A DNA stretch of 64,000 nucleotides from the IMG/VR virus record IMGVR_UViG_3300024344_000002, positions 1-64,000 of that record. One strand, written 5' to 3'. The notes under the pieces were generated by a model. The model made no database searches. It was not told the origin of the DNA and was given only the letters and a program-made list of their open reading frames with translations. A program made the position numbers and the translations under genes. The stretch is from a virus. Numbering within the stretch: position 1 is the first letter of the stretch; each line of letters begins with the position of its first letter. Positions 7,902 through 16,639 of the stretch are shown here, piece by piece.

Positions 7902-8380
7902 AATATATAGTTCTTAGAGACACAAGAGAAAAAACTGGTTGGGATTTCAAGACTCACGACAAATGTAGAGCTGTAGTAGATTGGGGTCTGAAAACAGGAG
8001 ACTACACAGTTAGAGGTCTTGAAAAACATCTAGTCGTGGAAAGAAAGGCTAGTACCGGCGAGTTAGCTATGAACCTTGGCAAAAAGCGTTCTGCTTTTGA
8101 AGCTGAGATAAAACGAATGGATAACTTTAGATGGAAATATATACTATGCGAGTTTTCCATTGACGATCTTATGAATTTTCCTCAAAACTCTGGGATACCT
8201 AAGAAACAGCTACAATACGTTCGCATGAATGGTAAGTTTATGTGGAAAAAACTTTGCGAATACCAAGAACAGCATGGAGTTCAGATTGTCTTCTGCGACA
8301 ACAAAATAAACGCTCAAGAAAGAGCTATGTTCATATTTGATGAAGTTACGGAGATATTATTACGTGAAGACGCAAAGTGA
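7898..8380 (+). CDS. ERCC4/XPF-family nuclease
   Basis: DTREK, LKTGDY, VVERK signature (GDxnERKx3D-like). Confidence 0.85.
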   Translation: MKYIVLRDTREKTGWDFKTHDKCRAVVDWGLKTGDYTVRGLEKHLVVERKASTGELAMNLGKKRSAFEAEIKRMDNFRWKYILCEFSIDDLMNFPQNSGIPKKQLQYVRMNGKFMWKKLCEYQEQHGVQIVFCDNKINAQERAMFIFDEVTEILLREDAK

Positions 8381-10340
8381 TCATATCAAAGCTATAAGTG
8401 ATGCTTGGCTTAATATCAATGTAGATGATTCTAAAATAGTAAATCCATTTAGTGTTCCTACAGAAGAAGAGTTTACTACTAAGTTAACTTGGTTAATGAC
8501 TAACCCAGAATACTTTTCTTTTATATGTAAAGAACTTCTAAACATTGATATACTTCCGACACAGGCTCTTATGCTTAAAGAGATGTGGAATAGAAAATTC
8601 CCTATGCTTATTGCTAGTCGTGGTTTCGGTAAGTCTTTTATACTTTCTGTCTATGCAATCCTCAGAGCTTTATTAATGCCGGGGAGAAAAATAGTTATCG
8701 TTGGTGCTGCTTTCCGTCAATCTAAAGTTCTCTTTGAATACATGGATAGTGTGTGGCGTAATTCACCCCTATTAAGAGACATAGTTGGCGGAAGCGGCGG
8801 ACCAAGAAGAGATGTTGATATGTGTAGGCTAAAAATTGGTGATAGCCAAGTCACATGCCTACCTCTTGGTGACGGTAGTAAAATTCGTGGTCAACGTGCT
8901 AATGATATTATTGCTGATGAATTTGCATCTATTCCTAGAGAGATATTTGAGAATGTTGTTGCTGGTTTTGCCGCTGTTAGCGCTTCGCCTGTTGAAAATG
9001 TAAGAAGAATAGCTGCTGAGAAAAAAGCTATTGAACTTGGAAAACTTACAAAAGATGAACAACAAGCGCATGAAGAAGGTGCAAACCAAATTATTCTTTC
9101 TGGTACTGCATATTATGATTTCAATCATTTTGCTGAATACTGGAAAAAATGGAAAAGCTTTATAACAAGCCAAGGAGATCCTAAGAAGTTAGAAGAAATA
9201 TTTGGTGAAGATGGGGTTCCTGACGGTTTTGATTGGCGTCAGTATTCTATCATTCGAGTTCCTTTTGAGCTTTTACCGGAAGGTTTCATGGATGCTGCTC
9301 AGGTTGCTCGCTCAAAAGCCACAGTTCACTCAGGAATCTATCAAATGGAGTTTGGCGCGTGTTTCTCTACTGATAGTAATGGTTTCTTCAAACGCTCTTT
9401 GATTGAGTCTTGTGTTGTTTCTCCTCAAAAACCTGTCAATCTTCCAAGTGGAGAAGTCAATTTTAGGGCTATGTTAAGAGGTAATCCAAACTGTAGATAC
9501 GTTTATGGCATTGACCCTGCTTCCGAAGTGGACAACTTTTCCATCGTCATCATGGAGGTTCACGAAGACCATAGTAGAGTTGTATATTCTTGGACTACCA
9601 ATAGGAGTAGACATAAAGAGCAATTAAAAGCTGGTGTAGCAGACGAAACAGATTTCTATTCTTATTGTGCTAGAAAAATTAGAGATCTAATGAAAGTCTT
9701 TCCATGTCAAGAAATAGCATTAGATGCACAAGGTGGTGGTATAGCAATTATTGAAGCCTTGCACGACAAAGACAAGATACGAGAAGGTGAATTACCAATT
9801 TGGCCTACTATCGACGATAAAAAAGAAAAAGACACTGACGGCGAAGCAGGATTACATATTGTAGAAATGATACAGTTCGCTAAGGCTGATTGGGTATCAG
9901 AGGCAAATCACGGGCTTAGAAAAGACTTTGAAGATAAAACCGTATTGTTTCCCCATTTTGATACAGCGACTCTTGGGTTAGCTATATCTGATGACAAAAT
10001 AAAAAATAGACTATATGACACACTAGAAGATTGTGTAATGGAAATAGAAGAATTAAAAGATGAACTTTCTATGATTATTATTACACAGACAACTACTGGT
10101 AGAGATAAGTGGGATACTCCTGAAGTAAAACTTCCCGGCGGAAGAAAAGATAGACTAAGAAAGGACCGTTATTCATCTTTAATAATGGCAAACATGTCTG
10201 CAAGAAGAATTCTTAGAACAGCTCCACCTCCTGTATATGATACTATTGGTGGTTTTGCTGGTGGAATTAAAGGTGATATGTCTGGGCCTGAATACGTTGG
10301 TCCAGCTTGGTTTACCGAAGGAATGAAAGATGTTTATTGA
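8364..10340 (+). CDS. terL: terminase large subunit
   Basis: Walker A ASRGFGKS, Walker B IIADE, coupling motif LSGTA, RNase H-like YGIDPA and C-terminal KDRYSS; GTG at 8364 with GGAG RBS (track start 8337). Confidence 0.92.
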   Translation: MKTQSDHIKAISDAWLNINVDDSKIVNPFSVPTEEEFTTKLTWLMTNPEYFSFICKELLNIDILPTQALMLKEMWNRKFPMLIASRGFGKSFILSVYAILRALLMPGRKIVIVGAAFRQSKVLFEYMDSVWRNSPLLRDIVGGSGGPRRDVDMCRLKIGDSQVTCLPLGDGSKIRGQRANDIIADEFASIPREIFENVVAGFAAVSASPVENVRRIAAEKKAIELGKLTKDEQQAHEEGANQIILSGTAYYDFNHFAEYWKKWKSFITSQGDPKKLEEIFGEDGVPDGFDWRQYSIIRVPFELLPEGFMDAAQVARSKATVHSGIYQMEFGACFSTDSNGFFKRSLIESCVVSPQKPVNLPSGEVNFRAMLRGNPNCRYVYGIDPASEVDNFSIVIMEVHEDHSRVVYSWTTNRSRHKEQLKAGVADETDFYSYCARKIRDLMKVFPCQEIALDAQGGGIAIIEALHDKDKIREGELPIWPTIDDKKEKDTDGEAGLHIVEMIQFAKADWVSEANHGLRKDFEDKTVLFPHFDTATLGLAISDDKIKNRLYDTLEDCVMEIEELKDELSMIIITQTTTGRDKWDTPEVKLPGGRKDRLRKDRYSSLIMANMSARRILRTAPPPVYDTIGGFAGGIKGDMSGPEYVGPAWFTEGMKDVY

Positions 10341-10342
10341 TT

Positions 10343-10353
10343 TGGTGTATAAT
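10343..10353 (+). promoter_or_regulatory. putative late promoter TGGTGTATAAT (portal)
   Basis: Same motif recurs intergenically at 12681, 15851 and 33228. Confidence 0.7.
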
Positions 10354-10404
10354 CAATTAGATTAATTCCCCGATCATTCTAATTGCAATTCAATAGGTAT
10401 ATAG

Positions 10405-12654
10405 ATGGCTAACGACAACCCAATCAAAGATCAACAAAAGACTCAAGCGTTTGTCACTTGGTCTGATGATTCTGGAAAGAGACAAGCTCTTGCTGATACT
10501 TCAGATAATATAGATTCTTACGATGGAATTCAAAAGGCCGCAGCCTATAACCGCAGATCCTTTTTAGACCTTGAGCCTAACCGTTCGGTAAGAACTGGAT
10601 TTACCAGAGAAGACTATAACAGATTTAGATCTACCGAATCTGTCCCAAAGCAGCAAAAAGACGCAATAAGAATGTGTATGCAGGCTTATGACAAAGTTGG
10701 GATAATTAGAAATGTCATAGATCTTATGGCCGACTTTGCTGGTCAGGGAATTACTATTGTTCATCCAAATAAAAGAATAGAAAAGTTTTTTAGAGCTTGG
10801 TTCAACAAAGTTAATGGAAAAGAAAGAAGTGAACGTTTTTTAAACACTCTATATAGATGTGGAAATGTAATTGTAAAAAGAAGAACAGCTAAAATTAACA
10901 AAAGAGCTGAAAAGAATCTTCGGGCTTCTGGCGATACGGACATGGACATAATTGACCTAAAAGTACCCAGAAGAGAAATACCTTGGAGATTTGACTTTCT
11001 TAATCCACTATCTGTAGAAGTTATTGGAGATGAGCTAGCTACATTTGTTGGTCAACCTCGGTACGCTCTTAGAGTCTCTAAACTTGTAAGAAACCTAGCT
11101 AATAAGGGGATTGTTGGAGATAGTCCGCATCATAGAAACCTTACTGCGATGCTTCCTCCAGACATTTTGTCAGCAGTCAAAGATGGTCAGTCTGTTATAC
11201 CTTTAGACCCAGAAAAGGTTTCTGTACACTTTTACAAGAAAGACGATTGGCTTGTTTGGGCTAATCCTATGATTTATGCGATCTTAGACGATATTATTAT
11301 GCTAGAAAAAATGAAGCTAGCAGATATATCAGCTCTTGATGGTGCTATATCGAATATAAGACTTTGGACTCTTGGTGATTTAGATAATAAGATCTTACCT
11401 ACTAAATCTGCGATTAATAAGCTAAGAAACATTCTTGCTAGCAATGTTGGTGGCGGAACTATGGATTTAGTATGGGGTCCTGAACTTAACTTTACAGAAT
11501 CTAGCACTCAAGTATTTAAATTCTTAGGAAAAGAAAAATACGAACCTGTACTTACCAATATATATGCGGGTCTTGGTGTTCCTCCTACTCTTACTGGCGC
11601 TGCTGGCTCAAGTGGTGGGTTTACTAATAACTTTATAAGTTTAAAGACTCTTGTTGAAAGACTAGAGTATGGTCGTCAGGTTTTAGTTAATTGGTGGAAC
11701 CAAGAGCTTGAAGTCGTACAAAAGGCTATGGGTTTTAGACTACCTGCAAAAATCCACTTCGACCAGATGGTACTATCCGATGAAGCCTCTGAGAAGAATC
11801 TACTAATACAATTGGCTGACAGGAACATTATTAGTGCTGAAACTGTCATCGAAAGATTTGGAGAAATTCCTGAGATAGAAAAAATTAGAATTAGAAGAGA
11901 AGAAAAAGATAGAAAGGGAGAAGCTATGCCTCAAAAGGCTGGCCCATACCACAATCCTCAACATCGTAATGATCTTGAAAAGATTGCTTTGACCAAAGAT
12001 TCTATGAATCCAGAGGATTTTGGTTTAGTTCCTTCTCCAGATACTGGTGATCATCCTTTCACAGACCCCAAAGATAGAAGGGATAAAATCAGTATTGACA
12101 ACGAAAAAGAAGAAAAAGACGAAAAGAAGTTTGAGAAAGAACAAAAAAGAATGGAGTTGAAGAAGCAAGATGAACCAGCTCCAAAAGAGGATAAGTTTAA
12201 TCCTACCGGAAGACCTGAAGATGGAAGACCTAAAAATTCAAAGGACAAGATGAAGAGAAAAGAAAAAGAAGTTAAACCTCGTCAAACTGTTAATAGTGAG
12301 TTTGTTGGTATATCTTTGTGGGCTACTAAGGCACAAGAAGAAATTACCGAAGTGGTTAATCCCGCTATACTGGCTCACTTTCAAAAGAAGAGTATAAGGT
12401 CTCTAACAAAAAGCCAAATTGACCAATTAGAACATCTAAAACTATGCATACTATGCGGTATACAACCTTTTATTGATATAGATCCTTCAATGGTTGCGGC
12501 TTTACTTAACTCACCAGTTTCGGTCTCAAAAGAGGTGGCTTCTATCATAAAAAATCTGAAAGATGATTTTTCCGTAAGAAACGATAGACAACCAAACATA
12601 GATGAGCTTCGTCAAATCAATGTTTCTGCTTATGCTTTAAGTAAAACATCATAG
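10405..12654 (+). CDS. portal protein with long C-terminal extension
   Basis: Follows TerL; GIIRNVIDLMADFA, YRCGNV, IYAGLGVP, LEYGRQ...IHFDQMVLSD; GRP motifs in a charged tail. Confidence 0.82.
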   Translation: MANDNPIKDQQKTQAFVTWSDDSGKRQALADTSDNIDSYDGIQKAAAYNRRSFLDLEPNRSVRTGFTREDYNRFRSTESVPKQQKDAIRMCMQAYDKVGIIRNVIDLMADFAGQGITIVHPNKRIEKFFRAWFNKVNGKERSERFLNTLYRCGNVIVKRRTAKINKRAEKNLRASGDTDMDIIDLKVPRREIPWRFDFLNPLSVEVIGDELATFVGQPRYALRVSKLVRNLANKGIVGDSPHHRNLTAMLPPDILSAVKDGQSVIPLDPEKVSVHFYKKDDWLVWANPMIYAILDDIIMLEKMKLADISALDGAISNIRLWTLGDLDNKILPTKSAINKLRNILASNVGGGTMDLVWGPELNFTESSTQVFKFLGKEKYEPVLTNIYAGLGVPPTLTGAAGSSGGFTNNFISLKTLVERLEYGRQVLVNWWNQELEVVQKAMGFRLPAKIHFDQMVLSDEASEKNLLIQLADRNIISAETVIERFGEIPEIEKIRIRREEKDRKGEAMPQKAGPYHNPQHRNDLEKIALTKDSMNPEDFGLVPSPDTGDHPFTDPKDRRDKISIDNEKEEKDEKKFEKEQKRMELKKQDEPAPKEDKFNPTGRPEDGRPKNSKDKMKRKEKEVKPRQTVNSEFVGISLWATKAQEEITEVVNPAILAHFQKKSIRSLTKSQIDQLEHLKLCILCGIQPFIDIDPSMVAALLNSPVSVSKEVASIIKNLKDDFSVRNDRQPNIDELRQINVSAYALSKTS

Positions 12655-12680
12655 AGATATTAGTGATTTTTATTTGTATA

Positions 12681-12691
12681 TGGTGTATATT
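12681..12691 (+). promoter_or_regulatory. putative late promoter TGGTGTATATT (protease/scaffold)
   Basis: Variant of the recurring motif, intergenic. Confidence 0.6.
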
Positions 12692-12707
12692 TTTTTAGAG
12701 GTGATCT

Positions 12708-14222
12708 ATGAAAATATATGAATCAGAGATTACTGACGGTTTAGAAGAAGTTATTTCTACTAATGCAAGTGTGGCTTATTCTACTCCCGTTAGTATTTAT
12801 ATACCTAGTAAAAAACAAAAGAACGTTATTCAAAATTTGGTTGTTGCTAATGAAGCAGTTGCCGAAAACAAAGATCAATTTGATTTGTACTATTTGAATT
12901 CTGTTCTTGTTTCTACTGGATGGAATAAAAACGATGATGTTTTTCACCCTCAAGAAACTTGGGCGGCAAAAGACACTCCAGTAGACAAACAATTTAACTT
13001 TATGCATGATGAGTCAGATATCATTGGGCATATTACTGGAAGCTTAGTTGTTGATCAAGATGGCACTGAAATATCAGATACTTCTAACGCAGAAAAATTT
13101 GATATCATTACTAGCGCTGTTATCTACAACAGCTGGACTAATCCAGAATTAAAAGAAAGAATGACAAAAATCATTTCCGAAATAGAAGAAGGAAAATGGT
13201 TTGTGTCTATGGAATGCCTGTTTAATGATTTTGATTATGCAGTTATCACACCTGATGATGAACATAAGGTCATCGCTAGAGATGATGCATCTGCATTTTT
13301 AACAAAACATTTAAGGGCGTATGGAGGAAATGGAAAGTACGAAGGATACACGGTAGGAAGACTTTTGAGGAATATTGCGTTCTCTGGGAAGGGCTTAGTC
13401 AGCAATCCCGCTAATCCGCGAAGTGTGATTCTTAATGATGTCGAATCTTTTGCTGGGACGCAAGCAGAAGAAATAACTAACTCTAATATATATATGGAGA
13501 CTAATCATATGTCTGATGTTCTTAAAGAACAGGTTGAAGAGTTAAAGGCTGAATTAGCGACTGCTAAAGAAGAAGCCAAAGCTCTAGAGACCGAAATGAC
13601 TAAACAGAAAGAAGAAGAAATTCAATCCAAGATTGAAGCCTTTGAAGCTGTTGTTTCCGAAAAAGATTCAGCTATTGCTGAAGCTCAAGCTGCTGTTGAA
13701 GTTGCTGAAGCTAAAGTTGCTGAACTTGAAGAAACTATTGCGAAAAAGGACGAAGAATTGTCTGAAGCTAAAGCCAAGATTGAAGCTCATGAAGCAGAAG
13801 TCAAGACTTTGGCAAGAAAGGCTGCTCTCGTTGAAGCTGGCGCTACAGAAGAAGAAGTTGAAGAAACTTTGGCTGCTTTCTCTGATGCTACAGATGAAAT
13901 GTTTGAGCAAGTTGTTGCTCTCATGAAGAAAAAGGGCAATTTTCCCTTTAAGAAGAAAGAAGATAAAGAAGAAGATGAAGAAGAAGCTTTGAAAAAACCT
14001 AAAGCCGAAGAAGTTGAAGCAGAAGAAGCCGAAGAAGCTGAAGCTGAAGAAACAGATGAAGCTGAAGAAGAAGCTGAAGCTGAAATTCTTGAGGAAGTTG
14101 AAGAAGAAGCAGAAGCAGCCTTAGCTGATGCTGGTGACGATTCTATTGAAGAATTACGAACTAGTGCTAGTGATTGGCTTGAAAACAACGTTCTTCGTTC
14201 CACTGCAAGTATCAATAAGTAA
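12708..14222 (+). CDS. prohead protease fused to acidic coiled-coil scaffold
   Basis: NKNDDVF, FNFMHD..IIGH, VSMEC, FSGKGLVSNPA (HK97/herpes-type protease-like); E/A/K-rich C-terminal half; position between portal and capsid. Confidence 0.75.
   Translation: MKIYESEITDGLEEVISTNASVAYSTPVSIYIPSKKQKNVIQNLVVANEAVAENKDQFDLYYLNSVLVSTGWNKNDDVFHPQETWAAKDTPVDKQFNFMHDESDIIGHITGSLVVDQDGTEISDTSNAEKFDIITSAVIYNSWTNPELKERMTKIISEIEEGKWFVSMECLFNDFDYAVITPDDEHKVIARDDASAFLTKHLRAYGGNGKYEGYTVGRLLRNIAFSGKGLVSNPANPRSVILNDVESFAGTQAEEITNSNIYMETNHMSDVLKEQVEELKAELATAKEEAKALETEMTKQKEEEIQSKIEAFEAVVSEKDSAIAEAQAAVEVAEAKVAELEETIAKKDEELSEAKAKIEAHEAEVKTLARKAALVEAGATEEEVEETLAAFSDATDEMFEQVVALMKKKGNFPFKKKEDKEEDEEEALKKPKAEEVEAEEAEEAEAEETDEAEEEAEAEILEEVEEEAEAALADAGDDSIEELRTSASDWLENNVLRSTASINK
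13509..14222 (+). CDS. putative nested scaffolding protein (internal in-frame start)
   Basis: GGAG at 13496-13499 and in-frame ATG at 13509, where the coiled-coil begins. Confidence 0.55.
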   Translation: MSDVLKEQVEELKAELATAKEEAKALETEMTKQKEEEIQSKIEAFEAVVSEKDSAIAEAQAAVEVAEAKVAELEETIAKKDEELSEAKAKIEAHEAEVKTLARKAALVEAGATEEEVEETLAAFSDATDEMFEQVVALMKKKGNFPFKKKEDKEEDEEEALKKPKAEEVEAEEAEEAEAEETDEAEEEAEAEILEEVEEEAEAALADAGDDSIEELRTSASDWLENNVLRSTASINK

Positions 14223-14246
14223 TTTTATTTTTAAGGAGACATTCAA

Positions 14247-14747
14247 ATGGCTTTAAAAGCTGATAGAAATGAACTCGATGTCGATATTTCCTTTTTCTAC
14301 AATGCTGGTACTGCTACTCGCGGTGGTGTTGTATGTTTATCGACCGTTGGTTCTGGTGCAGCAATGGACCAAGCTGGCGCAAAGGTAGCTTATTCGGCAG
14401 GTACTGATTCGACTATTCCAGTTGGTATTTTGCTCAATGATGTTGTTAACCTTGACCTTACTCGTCAACATATTAATTGGCACAAGGATGAGGTTCAAAA
14501 AGGTGGTAAGGTTTCTGTACTTAAAAAAGGTACAATCGTTACCAATATGATTAAGACCACTGGTGCGGGCTACGGCACGCCAGCAGCTGGTTCTATTGCT
14601 TACGTTGCTTCTGGAGATGCTGGATACATTAGTTCAGTCGCTTCTAACGACAACAAAGCAAATCTCGCAATTGGTAGGTTCCTTTCCACGGCAGATGAAG
14701 ACGGATACTATAAAGTAGAAGTCAATCTTCCCGGAACCCAAGGTTAA
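14247..14747 (+). CDS. capsid decoration/cement protein
   Basis: 166 aa Gly/Ala-rich, PVGILLNDV...GRFLST..DG, directly upstream of the MCP with AAGGAG RBS. Confidence 0.65.
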   Translation: MALKADRNELDVDISFFYNAGTATRGGVVCLSTVGSGAAMDQAGAKVAYSAGTDSTIPVGILLNDVVNLDLTRQHINWHKDEVQKGGKVSVLKKGTIVTNMIKTTGAGYGTPAAGSIAYVASGDAGYISSVASNDNKANLAIGRFLSTADEDGYYKVEVNLPGTQG

Positions 14748-14780
14748 TTAACTAACAATCCTTAATAGGAGATATAAATA

Positions 14781-15788
14781 ATGAGTAGAATGACCAAACC
14801 TGATGATCATTTTATCGACCTCATTCAGCGCTCTGGTAGCTCTGAAAAAGAGGTTGCACTCGCTGCACAGCGAGAATTAGCTGTTGCTTTAGAGACTCCC
14901 TTGCGCAAGGGTGTTTTAGTTGGCGACGTTCTTGATGGAATCTTTGAAAAGATCCAGATGGCTCCCGGTTCAGCAGCTGAATTTCCACTAGACCTTCTTG
15001 CTCCGGGAACTGAAAATGAGCATGTTGCTTATACCAATCCCGGTCATGGTCGTATTCCAGAACGCGCAGTTGAAGGCGATTACGTCATGGTTCCAACCTA
15101 TACGGTTGCTTCCTCGATTGATTACCTTCTTCGCTACGCCCGTGAAGCCCGTTGGGATGTTGTCGGTCGTGCAATGCAAGTTCTTGAAGCTGGCTTTGTT
15201 AAGAAGATGAACGATGATGGCTGGCATACATTACTAGCTGCTGGTGTTGACCGAAACGTTTTGGTTTACGACGCCGATGCTTCTAATGGTCAGTTCACCA
15301 AGAGACTCATCTCTTTGATGAAAACTGTTATGCGACGTAATGCTGGTGGTAACACTGGTTCTTTGAATCGTGGCAAGCTTACTGACCTTTACCTGTCACC
15401 AGAAGCTCTTGAAGATATCCGCAACTGGGGTATTGATCAAGTTGACGAAGTTACTCGTCGTGAAATCTATCAAGCTGGTGACGATGGCGCAGCCATCACC
15501 CGTATCTTTGGTGTAAACCTTCACGATATGGATGAGCTTGGAGAAGGTCAAGAGTATCAGTTGTTCTTCAGCAACCAACTTTCCGGTAGCCTTAATGGTT
15601 CCGATCCTGAATTGGTTGTAGGTATCGACAGAACTGCTAATGACAGCTTTATCATGCCTGTCAAGCAAGATGTTCAGATCTTTGAAGACGATACTCTTCA
15701 TCGCCAACAGCGCGCTGGATTCTACGGTTGGGCTGAAGTAGGTTTTGCTGTTCTGGACAACAGACGCATCCTGCTCGGTTCTTTCTAA
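14781..15788 (+). CDS. major capsid protein (HK97 fold)
   Basis: 335 aa, strong RBS, highly biased codons, ends GFYGWAEVGFAVLDNRRILLG, followed by a terminator. Confidence 0.85.
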   Translation: MSRMTKPDDHFIDLIQRSGSSEKEVALAAQRELAVALETPLRKGVLVGDVLDGIFEKIQMAPGSAAEFPLDLLAPGTENEHVAYTNPGHGRIPERAVEGDYVMVPTYTVASSIDYLLRYAREARWDVVGRAMQVLEAGFVKKMNDDGWHTLLAAGVDRNVLVYDADASNGQFTKRLISLMKTVMRRNAGGNTGSLNRGKLTDLYLSPEALEDIRNWGIDQVDEVTRREIYQAGDDGAAITRIFGVNLHDMDELGEGQEYQLFFSNQLSGSLNGSDPELVVGIDRTANDSFIMPVKQDVQIFEDDTLHRQQRAGFYGWAEVGFAVLDNRRILLGSF

Positions 15789-15812
15789 GAATTTTAAGCA
15801 ACTTAGCTATAG

Positions 15813-15847
15813 AAACCGCCTCTATGATTTTAGGGGCGGTTTTTTTT
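15813..15847 (+). terminator. rho-independent terminator after the MCP
   Basis: AAACCGCCTCTA-tgattt-TAGGGGCGGTTT plus T-run. Confidence 0.88.
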
Positions 15848-15850
15848 ATA

Positions 15851-15861
15851 TGGTGTATAAT
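15851..15861 (+). promoter_or_regulatory. putative late promoter TGGTGTATAAT
   Basis: Immediately after the MCP terminator, ahead of the fibre genes. Confidence 0.72.
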
Positions 15862-15892
15862 ACAATAGAATATTCTACTAAATGGAGAACTT

Positions 15893-16177
15893 ATGACTAA
15901 AAGAACTAAGACTCAATTAGCTTCTGAAGTAAGCTCTCTATTACCCGATAATACATCTGCTTTGATAAGTCCAGATGATATCAGAAGTATATTTACTGAT
16001 GTAGGTGATTCAGTTACTTTTTGGGATAATAGCGTACCTTCTAGTGCTAGTGATACTTGTACCAAGGGGGAAATAAAGTTTGGCTCTACTGATTACGGTG
16101 GAGGAACTATAATACATCACCTTTATATTTGTGTAGATACTGATACTTGGAAAAGAGCAGAATTAGCAACTTTCTAG
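15893..16177 (+). CDS. small virion fibre/decoration protein
   Basis: N-terminal LPDNTSALISPDDIR; C-terminal PSSASD..KGEI...LYICVDTDTWKR typical of phage fibre tips. Confidence 0.6.
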   Translation: MTKRTKTQLASEVSSLLPDNTSALISPDDIRSIFTDVGDSVTFWDNSVPSSASDTCTKGEIKFGSTDYGGGTIIHHLYICVDTDTWKRAELATF

Positions 16178-16196
16178 AAAGAGGAGACATAAAGAT

Positions 16197-16613
16197 ATGT
16201 CAGCTATGTCTAATTACTTAGAAGCAAAGTTGGTAAACCATGTTTTAAGAAACACGGCATTTACCACTCCCGGAGACAGCATTTATGTTGGCTTAATAAA
16301 ATTTTACGAATCTAGTAAATTAGAAACTGGAGACGATGGTCAAGAAGCTAGTGGTGGATCATATGCTAGAGTTCAAGTTAATGGAACTAGTAACTGGGAT
16401 GATCCAAGTGGCGGTGGAGCAACTCAGAATAGCAACGCTATTACTTTTCCAACTGCAACTGGTGATTGGGGAATGATCTCTGGAGTAATCGTTTCAGACG
16501 CTTCTACCGATGGTAATGTTTTACTTCATGGCTCTCTGACTACTGCTAGAGATGTAAAGAGCGGCGACGTATTCAAGTTTAACGCTGGTGATTTAGATAT
16601 CACATTTGCATAA
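16197..16613 (+). CDS. virion structural protein (fibre-associated)
   Basis: MSNYLE...EASGGSYARVQV...ITFPTATGDWG...GD.FKF.AG.L, a widespread phage structural family. Confidence 0.7.
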   Translation: MSAMSNYLEAKLVNHVLRNTAFTTPGDSIYVGLIKFYESSKLETGDDGQEASGGSYARVQVNGTSNWDDPSGGGATQNSNAITFPTATGDWGMISGVIVSDASTDGNVLLHGSLTTARDVKSGDVFKFNAGDLDITFA

Positions 16614-16639
16614 TGACCTTTTAACTAAAGGAGGTTATT

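Noticed and set aside
8364-10340. Intein or intron in TerL
   Set aside because: ATPase and nuclease motifs are in the normal order in one ORF with no C...HN splice motifs or LAGLIDADG insert
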